A stretch of DNA of 64,000 nt from Caecitellus pseudoparvulus. Its lineage: Eukaryota > Protista > Bigyra: Bicosoecida. A program made the translations under genes and the position numbers. Under the pieces are notes generated by a model. It was not told the origin of the DNA. It was given only the letters and a program-made list of their open reading frames with translations, and ran no database searches. Location: positions 434,001-498,000 of the forward strand of contig CBFFRQ010000030.1 of NCBI GenBank assembly GCA_965644315.1. The letters run 5' to 3'. Each line of letters starts with the position of its first letter. Within the stretch, counting starts at the first letter, position 1. Of this stretch, positions 1 through 10,573 are shown piece by piece.

Positions 1-3000
1 CCTGGTGTCCCTGGTGTGTCTGGTGTTCTTGGTGCCCTTTGCCGTCGCGACCCAAGCAGTGTACTACGATGACCACCCCGACAGCGGGGACCCAGTGGCC
101 AAGCCATGGGGGCGGGTGGAAGCGGCAGGTGCAGTGGCCCGCATGCTGCTGCCGGCACTGCTGGTGTTTGTGGACAGCGTGCCGGCACGGGGCGTCGTGC
201 AGGTGCTGGTGTTTGGCGGCATGGCGTGTGGTGTGGCGTGGAAGCTGCCGTACTACGCCAACAGCACCAACACCCTGCGTGTCGTGCAGTACACCCTGGT
301 GGCGTACCTGTCAGGGTGTGCTGTGGTGCTGCACAGCAGCGCTGTGACAGGCGATGCAGCTGTGCACATGTCGGTGGGACTGCTCGTGGGCAGCCTCGTG
401 CCCATGTGTCTGGCGGGGGTGGGGGTGGCGTGGCGCCGTGCAGTGCTGCTGCGCCTGGCGCAGGGCTTCCCGGCAGCTGCCACGGGGAGCAGTGGCGGGC
501 TGCCCATGCTGCAGGAGGCAGGTGGCAGCTCACACAGTGTGGGCGATGAGCAGCTGTCGCCCCAGGTGGCGTACCTTCGTGGCATCGTCCTGGACCACTG
601 GCTCTTCCCTGATGACGTGGAGGTCATGGCACGCCTGCTGCTGCAGGGCATCTCACGCGCCACGCCCACGCGGCAGGTGCGCAGTGTGGCGCAGCGTGTG
701 GATGCGCTGTACTGTGCAGCGCTGTCTGAGGAGGTGTTTGGGTCGGCCTGTGTGCCCCTGCGGCTGGCCTTCGCGGGCTTCCTGACACAGCACGGGCAGG
801 ACCCCTTCCGTGCGCTGCAGGTGCTGCGGGAGGCGTCCCGTGTCCCCGCTGCACCCGACCTGTCCTTCCTGGTGTTCCGCAAGCTGCAGGACTGGCACCA
901 TGCCCGCCAGCGTGACAGCGTGGGCACAGATGCCGTGGACTCCCTGGCCATGATCCAGTTCCGCAAGTACCACGCTGACGCACAGCGGCACCACCATGCT
1001 GCTGTGAGTGTGCTGAATACGCTGTTTGGGCAGCTGGCGGGGAAGGGTGCGGGTGCCGCGGCGGCGAGTGTGGGCGGCGGGGGGGGCAGTGCTGCCCACA
1101 CTCGCAGCTCCCTGCACGCTGCCGTGATGCAGACGGTGACGGCTTTCGCCCGTGAGCGGCGCCTTGCGACGGAGGCGTACCAGCGTGCGCTGTCGAAGTT
1201 CCCCACCAGCCAACAGCTGCTGCGTCACTACGCGTTGTTCCTGCAGCATGTGGTGAACGACTACCCTGCGGCTGTGGCGGTGCGTCAGCGTGTGATGGAG
1301 TTGGCGGAGCTGGCAGACGAGGCTCGGAGCTTTCGTGACGAGTCACAAGCTACTCCAACCGTGACGGATGCAGGTTCGAAAGTCAGTAGCCTCGGTAGCG
1401 ATTCGCAGCGCAGCGACACCTTGTTTCGACTGTCTACACAACGTGCGTCCATGGTTCAACGCCGTGAGCTTTCTCAGGCTCATCGCATCATGTGGTGGTT
1501 CCGCCTGGCGACCCTTGCCATAGTCATTCTGTCTGTTGGCATGTACGTGATCACCCGATTGGTTTTAGGGTCATTCGCGGCTTCCCTTTTTACCATGGAC
1601 TTTGCTGGCCTTCGACGGAAGCTTACGTCCAGCAGCTACTACTACGCTCGTGGCTTGCAGCTTGCCGCCCTCGCAGGTGACAACACCACCCTCGCATCAC
1701 TCCAGACCGGCATGCTCAAGGAGATGCAGAAGCTCTCCGACATCCATGCAGACCTGTACTACAACGGCCAGAGCTTCAGTGCCATTGAGGAGCTGTACTC
1801 CGAGCCCAGTGTGCGGGTGCAGGAGCTGTTACCGGGGAGTGGTCAGGTGCAGAACAGCAGCTTGGGGCTGTGGGACCTGGGAAACTTTCTGGTCTCGAAT
1901 GCTCGCCAGGTTGTGCAAATACCTGCAGATCATCTTATGGCTGCTGGCTCGCAGCCAGCGTGGTGGTTCATTTACGCCAACTCGAGGACAGCGGTGCTGC
2001 CGAAGTTTGATGCTGCAGTTGAGCTGTATGAGGAGTATGACCGCACGTCCGCCAATAATGCTGGAATTGCACAAGCAATCATGCTCGTCACCGTCATCGG
2101 CATCACCTGCGCCGTTGCATGGTGGGTCCTGCGCCCCATCGTTGTCCTTGTGCACAGCTCCAGGCAAAGCGTTGGCCAAGTCTTGCACGCCATTCCTCCT
2201 GGCGCCGTGGGAACCTTGTACAAGCGCTACAAGCGCCTTGATGTGCTGTATACCCGCCTTGTCAAGCAAGCCTATGCTGAGCAAAGCGAAGTCAAGACGT
2301 TGCAAAAGTTACAGCGTGTGTTGGTTCACAATGTGGCTGCAGTGCAGGGCAGGGACCGGCGGACGAGCAGCATCGAACCTGGGCCGCGGCATGTTTCCGT
2401 TGAAGTGAGCGGTGGAAGCAAAATTGAACCATCTCGCTTCACTTCGATAGATGATGCCGACTCCTCCGCTACTGACAGTGAGGCGTCCAGTGACGATTCA
2501 GGTGTTGACGCTGAGTCTCAACTCTCTCAGACAGAGCAGCTCGGAATCCGGCAGAGGCTGCCACAAAGCGCACATGCAGCAGATCTTGCGACCCAGCAGA
2601 ATATAGGTGAACTGGCTGACACAAAACTTGTGCCACTTGGGCACTCTCATGCCTCTCCTCACAGCGACACGGTGTGCCTGCCGGCGGACAGTAAGCCTAT
2701 GGATGCCAGTTTGCTACCCAGTGAGCAAACGTCCGACTCGCCAACACTGTTGTATGAGGCTAGCCCCCTCCTTGAGGATGTGCAAACCCCCGGTGAAGTT
2801 GTGTCCCTCCCTTCAAGCTTCAAAGAGGGGGAGAGGCCGTCTGTAGTTCCCACTGCAGGGAGCACTGAAATCGCCAAGAGCGCTCACGCGCCCGCGCAAG
2901 GCAAGGGTGAACTTGGCGCTCATGCGGCGGCACAAGGCGCTGTCATGCAAGGTCAGGCTCCGATTTCAGTTGAAATCGGCCATGCCATTGGCTCGCGCAC

Positions 3001-4132
3001 ACGCAGTCTCACCTTTGCCGAGCCTGTACATGCGACGGAAGGCGGGAGGAGCGTCAGTCCTTTGGCCCCTCCGCTGTTCGGGCGCCCTCCCTCTGGAAGG
3101 CGGCTGTCAAAGTACAGCACACAGCATGCTGATTCACCCCTCTCGTCCCTGGGTGGGAAAAAGAGAGATGCGGGCTCAACGCAGTACCCAGCCTCATCGC
3201 AGCTGTCCAGCGGAAGGTCAGCATCAGCCAGGAAGCAGACCACTTGCCTCAGCACTGCGAGCAAGTGGTACGCCCGGCTCAGCGGAGCCCACAACACCCA
3301 CGTTCGCAGGCTTGTGGCTACAATGGCGTTCTCGCTGGTGGTGTTGGGCATAGTGTACGTTGCTTCGTTCTTGGTCACGCTGGAAATCTTCTCTCGGGGT
3401 AGCTTCGGCTCTGCTGAGCTGAACAATGCTGGGAAGCGCCGCTACCTTGCCCGGGAAACACTCAACGCTGCAAGGGAGCTGATGCTTGGAGACCCGCACG
3501 TGGGGACTGTACCTGAGCTCGCAAACAAACTGGAACAGACTTTGCACCTTTACCGTCGCGTGCACCGGGGCTTGAGGTTCGGAGATGCAGGCTTCCACCT
3601 TCCCGGATCTGCAAAGCGCTTCCCGGCTCGCGAAGCGCTCATGTACGAGTCAACCTCGAGTGTTGCTGCTGGGGGCAGCAGGCGCGATGTGCTGCAGAGC
3701 CAAGGCGTCCATGATACTCTCCTGCACTTTTGGTTGGACGCTGATGCCATCCTTGACAGATTTCGTGACCCGGCCGTGCCACGTTTGGGGCTGAACCAGA
3801 CTCGCTTGCTGGGCGATGACGTATTTGCGGAGCTATACTGGCTTGAGGCCAGCGTGCTTGGGGGGGGGCTGGAGAAAGCTGTCAAGTCGTATCGCCAGGA
3901 AGGGGAAGCGACAATAGTGGAGCTGTCAGAGAGCAGCTCCATCCTTTTCAGTGTGAATGTGCTGGTGATTGTCGGTCTGTACTTTCTGCTTCACTGGATG
4001 GCTGTTGCACAGGTTGAACGGCAGCTGCAGCGCAGGGAGGACGTGCTGATGGTGCTTCCCCAGAAGTTGCTAAAGCAGTCACGCACGCTGCGCAAATTTG
4101 TTTCTCACCGGTCAACAGCGCACCCGCGTTGA
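1..4132 (+). CDS. TmcB/TmcC (tiny macrocysts)-like multi-pass membrane protein, paralog A, 5'-truncated by the window edge
   Basis: ORF 5..4132. N-terminal TM bundle; helical/TPR-like segment AYQRALSKFPTSQQLLRHYALFLQHVVND typical of the TmcB/TmcC family; two TM-ectodomain-TM modules separated by a Ser/Pro-rich linker. Paralogous to 5872..10311. Confidence 0.7.
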   Translation, partial: LVSLVCLVFLVPFAVATQAVYYDDHPDSGDPVAKPWGRVEAAGAVARMLLPALLVFVDSVPARGVVQVLVFGGMACGVAWKLPYYANSTNTLRVVQYTLVAYLSGCAVVLHSSAVTGDAAVHMSVGLLVGSLVPMCLAGVGVAWRRAVLLRLAQGFPAAATGSSGGLPMLQEAGGSSHSVGDEQLSPQVAYLRGIVLDHWLFPDDVEVMARLLLQGISRATPTRQVRSVAQRVDALYCAALSEEVFGSACVPLRLAFAGFLTQHGQDPFRALQVLREASRVPAAPDLSFLVFRKLQDWHHARQRDSVGTDAVDSLAMIQFRKYHADAQRHHHAAVSVLNTLFGQLAGKGAGAAAASVGGGGGSAAHTRSSLHAAVMQTVTAFARERRLATEAYQRALSKFPTSQQLLRHYALFLQHVVNDYPAAVAVRQRVMELAELADEARSFRDESQATPTVTDAGSKVSSLGSDSQRSDTLFRLSTQRASMVQRRELSQAHRIMWWFRLATLAIVILSVGMYVITRLVLGSFAASLFTMDFAGLRRKLTSSSYYYARGLQLAALAGDNTTLASLQTGMLKEMQKLSDIHADLYYNGQSFSAIEELYSEPSVRVQELLPGSGQVQNSSLGLWDLGNFLVSNARQVVQIPADHLMAAGSQPAWWFIYANSRTAVLPKFDAAVELYEEYDRTSANNAGIAQAIMLVTVIGITCAVAWWVLRPIVVLVHSSRQSVGQVLHAIPPGAVGTLYKRYKRLDVLYTRLVKQAYAEQSEVKTLQKLQRVLVHNVAAVQGRDRRTSSIEPGPRHVSVEVSGGSKIEPSRFTSIDDADSSATDSEASSDDSGVDAESQLSQTEQLGIRQRLPQSAHAADLATQQNIGELADTKLVPLGHSHASPHSDTVCLPADSKPMDASLLPSEQTSDSPTLLYEASPLLEDVQTPGEVVSLPSSFKEGERPSVVPTAGSTEIAKSAHAPAQGKGELGAHAAAQGAVMQGQAPISVEIGHAIGSRTRSLTFAEPVHATEGGRSVSPLAPPLFGRPPSGRRLSKYSTQHADSPLSSLGGKKRDAGSTQYPASSQLSSGRSASARKQTTCLSTASKWYARLSGAHNTHVRRLVATMAFSLVVLGIVYVASFLVTLEIFSRGSFGSAELNNAGKRRYLARETLNAARELMLGDPHVGTVPELANKLEQTLHLYRRVHRGLRFGDAGFHLPGSAKRFPAREALMYESTSSVAAGGSRRDVLQSQGVHDTLLHFWLDADAILDRFRDPAVPRLGLNQTRLLGDDVFAELYWLEASVLGGGLEKAVKSYRQEGEATIVELSESSSILFSVNVLVIVGLYFLLHWMAVAQVERQLQRREDVLMVLPQKLLKQSRTLRKFVSHRSTAHPR

Positions 4133-7100
4133 TCTCCTGTCCACGTGCCATGGACCTCCCAACGAGCTGCTTCCAAAGCGGCGCTCGAACGCAAGAAGGA
4201 TACTTGCAAACAGGTACCCTTGACGTATAATGGAAGCTCTTGGCCGCGGCCATGTCTTCGAATCCATTTTCCCTTTTGCTGCACGCAGTGTACCCGCGAG
4301 CCGACGAAAGAGCCTTCGCGTTTGACATACAAACAGTGCACAGATGGCGTTGAAGAGCCCTCCTCGCATCAGCATGAAAAATTCAATCTTCTCCGATGTG
4401 AGTACCTTTTAGAAGCCTCCGCTTAGCTGCACATTTGCAATCCAGTCTACACAGCAAGAGAGGACTTGCTGCTGCGTTTCGGTTGGGAAGGAGGGCGCCC
4501 TCCCGTGCGCCAGAGCGAGCCCCAAACAGAACAAAGAGAAAGGTGCAGAGTGGGTGCACACCCAGCTTCTTCGTGTTGGGGTCTAGTGTGGCCCTGAGCA
4601 ATGCGTCTCCGCACCGCCGAAGGCGTGCGCCTCGCGAACCACACCATCCCTCTGCGCACGGTCACCTCCATGTCGCACACAGTGGCAAGATAGCCCAAAA
4701 CTGATCCAAGAATGAGCCCTGCAAGCTTGGAGGACGAAAGAATTTGTCATCCAAGACTATGCATGCGCGTATGCAGGTCCTCCACGCCTCAAGGCTGGCT
4801 GTTCACATTCGGCGCAGCATCGGCGCCAGCCTCGCTCTGCTTCGCCTCCCCACACCTAGCTGAGCCCCCAGCAGAGGTGAATGGCAAGATGGACTTCGGA
4901 CCCAGCTCGGTAAAGCACCATGGTATGTGTTGTTCTTTGCCAGCGAATCAAATATCCCATTCGCAAGTTGCCGTTGCCGGACACTGCCCAAGTGTGCATC
5001 TGTGAGCGCGTGAAAATGATGTCGAGCTCTGTGCACATGAAACGCACACACGCGTGCATGAGCACGCGCTTGGCGGGGCGTTGTCCGCAACTTACAAGGC
5101 ATGAGAGTGCCCATGGACACTTGCATTTTCTAGCCCAAGTTTGAGCCTTGCAGCAGAGCTCAGTCGTACAAGCGAGAACGTGACTGGTGTTGATGCGCGA
5201 GATGCCGACACCAACTTCACTTTCCGCTGGCCTGCCTCGCAGTAGGATCAGCTGATCAGCGCTCAGTGGTCTCGGGTGACTCAGACGCAAGTGGTGAGGA
5301 GTCAAGTGACTCATCATTCCTCACATCTTTCAACGAAATTGACCCCCTCCAGCTTGGGCAGCCGCAGGGCATGGGCAAGGCCAGCTTCACAGCGTTCAAA
5401 GTACGTCCGCACTACACCATTTGTGAAGTGCACAGCTCCAGCACTTCCAGGGTCGCAAGGTGGTCCTCCCAAAAGGTTACAAGATACAGGCGCTCAAATG
5501 CTCCCTTTACCTTCTCAGGTCCTGCAACTCATGACGGACAAGCTGAGGAGGCACACGCTGTCGGAAAAGCATACGGCCTCAGTTGTGGGACACTGCCTCC
5601 TGATCGTAGACTTCCTCCAACAAATCGGAGTACGTAATCTGTCCATCTCGTCCAAGCACGGCCACAAGCCACACAACCCTTGGTCCCCACCGCAGCTGCT
5701 CCTGTCCACCGCCAACGCCTGGCCCGACGCCGCCTTCGCGTGGGCACGCTTCTTCAACATCTCCACGTACGCGCACCCCACCGCCACACTCGCCACGCAC
5801 CCGCCCCCCTACACACACCCTGACCCCCGCCCTGCCCACCCAGGTACATCATCCCCACCCAAGACGCCGCCGTGTTCAACGCCGGCTTCATCCTCTGCGC
5901 CCTCCTCATCGTCGGGTCCATGGCCAACACCGCCTACGTCGCCCGTGCCGCATGGGTGGGCCAGTACGACCTGCTGTGGCCCCTGCAGTCACTGCGCACA
6001 CTGGTGGCGCTCATCGTCACGGCGGGCCTCATCCCCATCACACGTGTCCTCTTCATCACCCTGCGATGTGACCAGCTGGCGGTGTACCTGGGCGGCGACG
6101 TGGCGGGGTCCGGGTGCTGGGAGGTGCCGTACCTTGCCTATGCCCTGGTGTCCCTGGTGTGTCTGGTGTTCTTGGTGCCCTTTGCCGTCGCGATTCAGGC
6201 GGTGTACTACGATGACCACCCCGACAGCGGGGACCCAGTGGCCAAGCCGTGGGGGCGAGTGGAAGCCGCAGGTGCAGTAGCCCGCATGCTGCTGCCGGCG
6301 CTGCTGGTGTTTGTGGACAGCGTGCCGGCACGGGGCATCGTGCAGGTGCTGGTGTTTGGCGGCATGGCGTGTGGTGTGGCGTGGAAGCTGCCGTACTACG
6401 CCAACAGCACCAACACCCTGCGTGTCGTGCAGTACACCCTGGTGGCGTACCTGTCAGGGTGTGCTGTGGTGCTGCACAGCAGCGCTGTCACAGGCGATGC
6501 AGCTGTGCACATGTCGGTGGGACTGCTTGTGGGCAGCCTTGTGCCCATGTGTCTGGCGGGGGTGGGGGTGGCGTGGCGCCGTGCAGTGCTGCTGCGCCTG
6601 GCGCAGGGCTTCCCAGCAACTGCCGCGGGGAGCAGTGGCGGACTGCCCATGCTGCAGGAGGCAGGTGGCAGCTCACGCAGTGTGGGCGATGAGCAGCTGT
6701 CGCCCCAGGTGGCGTACCTTCGTGGCGTCGTCATGGACCACTGGCTCTTCCCCGATGACGTGGAGATCATGGCACGCCTGCTGCTGCAGGGCATCTCACG
6801 CACCACACCCACGCGGCAGGTGCGCAGTGTGGCGCAGCGTGTGGATGCGCTGTACTGTGCAGCGCTGTCTGAGGAGGTGTTTGGGTCGGCCTGTGTGCCC
6901 CTGCGGCTGGCCTTCGCGGGCTTCCTGACACAGCACGGGCAGGACCCCTTCCGTGCGCTGCAGGTGCTGCGGGAGGCGTCCCGTGTCCCCGCTGCACCCG
7001 ACCTGTCCTTCCTGGTGTTCCGCAAGCTGCAGGACTGGCACCATGCCCGCCAGCGTGACAGCGTGGGCACAGATGCCGTGGACTCCCTGGCCATGATCCA

Positions 7101-8024
7101 GTTCCGCAAGTACCACGCTGACGCACAGCGGCACCACCATGCTGCTGTGAGTGTGCTGAATACGCTGTTTGGGCAGCTGGTGGGGAAGGGTGCGGGTGCC
7201 GCGGCGGCGAGTGTGGGCGGCGGGGGGGGCAGTGCTGCCCACACTCGCAGCTCCCTGCACGCTGCCGTGATGCAGACAGTGACGGCTTTCGCCCGTGAGC
7301 GGCGCCTTGCGATGGAGGCGTACCAGCGGGCGCTGTCGAAGTTCCCCACCAGCCAGCAGCTGCTGCGTCACTACGCATTGTTCCTGCAGCATGTGGTGAA
7401 CGACTACCCTGCGGCTGTGGCGGTGCGTCAGCGTGTGATGGAGTTGGCGGAGCTGGCTGACGAGGCTCGGAGCTTTCGTGATGAGACACAGGCAGCACGC
7501 TCAGTGACTGACATGTCCCGAAGGAGTATGAGTGTGAGTGAACATTCCTCTCGAAGAAACTCAAGAGTAACTTCATTCCCCAAGGAGCAGCTGATATTCC
7601 GGCATCATGAGCTTGCCCAGGCTCATCGCATCATGTGGTGGTTCCGCCTGGCGACGGCAGCAATCATTTTCCTGGCCCTTGCAATGTTCCTCGTATCGCA
7701 CTCTGAGTGGACAACATTTCAGACCTCGTTGAGGACCATGGGGGCAGTTGGCGCGTGCCGAGAAGCCGCTGTCACAAGTCGGTACTACGCTCGTGGCTTG
7801 CAGCTTGCCGCCCTCGCAGGTGACAACGCCACGCTCGCATCCCTCCAGACCGGCATGCTCAAGGAGATGCAGAAGCTCTCCGACATCCATGCAGACCTGT
7901 ACTACAACGGCCAGAGCTTCAGTGCCATTGAGGAGCTGTACTCCGAGCCCAGCGTGCAGGTGCAGGAGCTGTTGCCGGGGAGTGGTGAGGTGCAGAACAG
8001 CAGCTTGGGGCTGTGGGACCTGGG
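1..8024 (+). repeat. Tandem duplication blocks at a constant offset of 6143 nt: 1-1338/6144-7481, ~1476-1511/7619-7654, 1640-1881/7783-8024
   Basis: Direct comparison shows near-identical nucleotide blocks separated by strongly diverged segments of equal length. Confidence 0.9.
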
Positions 8025-10311
8025 GAACAACCTCGCAGTAGCAGGGATCCAAGTCAGCAGCATGGATGCCCGCAAGTTGAAAGACGCCCCTGCCCAGCCA
8101 GCCTGGTGGTTCATCTTCGCCAACGCGTGTGCAGTTTTGTATGTTCAGTTTGGCTACGCAGCCAGTTTGTTTGAAGAGCACGACAGAGATGCTGCGTGGG
8201 AAGCTGGCATTGCCCAGGGCGCCATTCAAGCGGCTTCTACACTGATAACAGTCACAGTGGCTGTCTGGGTGCTGCACCCGATCATCCTACTAGTTCATAC
8301 CTCGCGAGAAAGTGTGTCGGCAGTGCTGCAGGCCATCCCACTTGATGCCGTTGTGGCCTTGCAGCAGCGGTATAAGCGCCTTGCAGTTCTGTACCACAGA
8401 CTGGGCCACCGAGCGGTGGATGATGCTGATGCCCTTCATGATCAGCTGCAGCGTGTTCTTGTGCACCATCTGTCGCCCGTGGCTTCTTCCAGAAGCACCC
8501 AGCATGTTCACGGTCCGCCAGCTCGACGCGTACAATCTGAGTGGCCATCAGACTCGCGGCATGCGCTTCCAGTCCTTCTTCATAGCCCACACAGGCTTCC
8601 TGGCTTTCAGACAGGCGGGGGCCACACCGTCATTCGGGTCTCGCCGGCCTACAAAGAGAGTCAGGCCGCCACTTCAGCAGGGCTCAGTCCGCAATCACAA
8701 CCTTCCGATGAGGGCAGCCCGATTGACCAGGTCGTCCAAGTTGCATGGAGTGCAGAATCGTCTACTTCTCCAGAGAAAGACGGCATGGCGAGGCCACCCT
8801 CTCCTGTCATGCTCCCAACAGTGCGCCAGGGTGAAGCGCCTGCGCACAGCATGGGCTCAGTGGACATGATGGCCTCGCCTTCGCTTGACGTTGATGAGGC
8901 TTTTGGAAGCGACTCGCTGGGAGCTGTTGAGGAAGGAGAGGGGGGCGAGATAAAGTCCTCTGGTGATCGTGCGCAGGAGCAAGAAAGTGCGCCGGTGTCG
9001 CCGGGCAACCAAGCCTCATCAGCGCCAGCTCAGGCAGGTGCAGACCGCCTGCACATCAGGGTGCCCATGCCCACCCGTGCTGGTGACCCTCTTCAAGAGG
9101 CCCCTCTGTATGTCGAGCACCCTCGGCAAGCGTTGCAACCCTCGCCTGGCATCGCTGATGGCGGGCTTGCGTTCAAGGCCAGAGCTCAGAGCCTGCCTTT
9201 CACGTCCCAGCAGCTCCATCGCATTGTTGGGAGCACAGATTTGTCATCACGATCGGGCCAAGAGCGCGGCCGGCCGCCGACTTGGCAGCACCTTCCTCGG
9301 CGTGGCCGTGTGGTGCCCGAGAGCCAAGAGAAGTCAGCGAGGGGCGCATGGAACCCGACGTCATGCGCGCCTGTGGCCAAGCAGACACGAGACCAGCGCA
9401 ACGCGCTGGCCCTCGCATCGAGACGAGTTCGAAGAGCACGGCACTGCCAATGGTGGCGAGAGCTGCGGGTGCTGCTGCGGGACACTTCTGCAAAGCGTTT
9501 GCTTGTGGTGACGATGCTGTGCCTTGGGCTGCTTGCCGCGGTGCACCATGCGACCTTTTTAGTGACGTTAGAGATATTTACGCGGGGGAGCTCAAGCTCG
9601 GCAGAGCTTAACCAAGCAGCCAACCGCATTGCGCTGGCCCACGAAACCCTTGCCACATCCAGGGAGTTGATGATTGGCAGGTCCACACGTGTGGCCAAAC
9701 TCAACGTGGCGAATCACCTGCAGCAAGCGGCTGACCAGCTTCGGCGCGTCCATGATGGCTTGAGGTTTGGAGATGAGGACTTGAATCTACCAGGGTCTTC
9801 GAAGCGGTATGGGGCTCGAGAGGAACTCCTGTACGGGCGGTCCATGCAGGCTCACACGGCAAATACCTCAGAAGTTGCTGGCCTGGCTAGCCTGGGAGTT
9901 CACGCAGTCTTGAGCCGCTTCCTCGCCGATGCTGCCTCCATCCATGCCCACTACAGTGCAGATGCGACCCCGGCCCTTGGGCTGAACCTCACTGCCATCG
10001 AAGCTGACCCAGTGTTCGCTGAGATGCAGGCACTGGAGTCTGGACCACTGCACAAGGGGCTGTATGCCGTGCTGCACTCTTACAAAGAGGAGGGCCGTGA
10101 CACTGTGAGGTCCTTGGCCAGTAGCAGTGCGCTCATCTTCAGCGTGAACACCCTCATCGTCATCGGGCTGTACTTGTTGCTGCGCTGGCTTGCGGTGGAC
10201 CAGGTGAAGCTGGAGCTGCTGAGCCGCGAGCACGTGCTCATGCTGCTCCCGCACCACCTCATCAGGCATTCGCCTGGGCTGGAAACGTTCCTGGGACCCC
10301 TGGCAAGCTGA
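4889..10311 (+). CDS. TmcB/TmcC-like multi-pass membrane protein, paralog B (spliced 5' end)
   Basis: Main exon covers ORF 5872..10311. Phase-compatible upstream exons: 4889-4922 (MDFGPSSVKHH), 5243-5400, ~5519-5630 (VLQLMTDK...LLIVDFLQQIG), ~5696-5767, and ~5843 onward (YIIPTQDAAVFNAG). The start codon is tentative. Confidence 0.7.
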
Positions 10312-10573
10312 ATGTATGCTTTTATGGCCTGCCACTCTTTTGCTTGCTGGGGGACGCTCTCCGTCGGCGCGCATGCAGCATGCACGCCTCAAGAGCGCTG
10401 GAGGGCAAAACTAAAACACCGCCTGTGCCACGTCACCGGCACGAAGCTTCAGTGCTGGCGTGCTGTGTTCCCTCTGCGCTGCACGGGGACGCCTGGCGGA
10501 GCCTTGGCCTGCTGCAGTACCAGCTGCGCCAGTAACATCAAGTTGCTCAGGCGCTTGCTGTCACGGTGCCGCC

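Noticed and set aside
4133-4880. Lower-GC spacer between the TmcB-like paralogs as a possible mobile element
   Set aside because: No terminal repeats, target-site duplication or transposase-like ORF seen.
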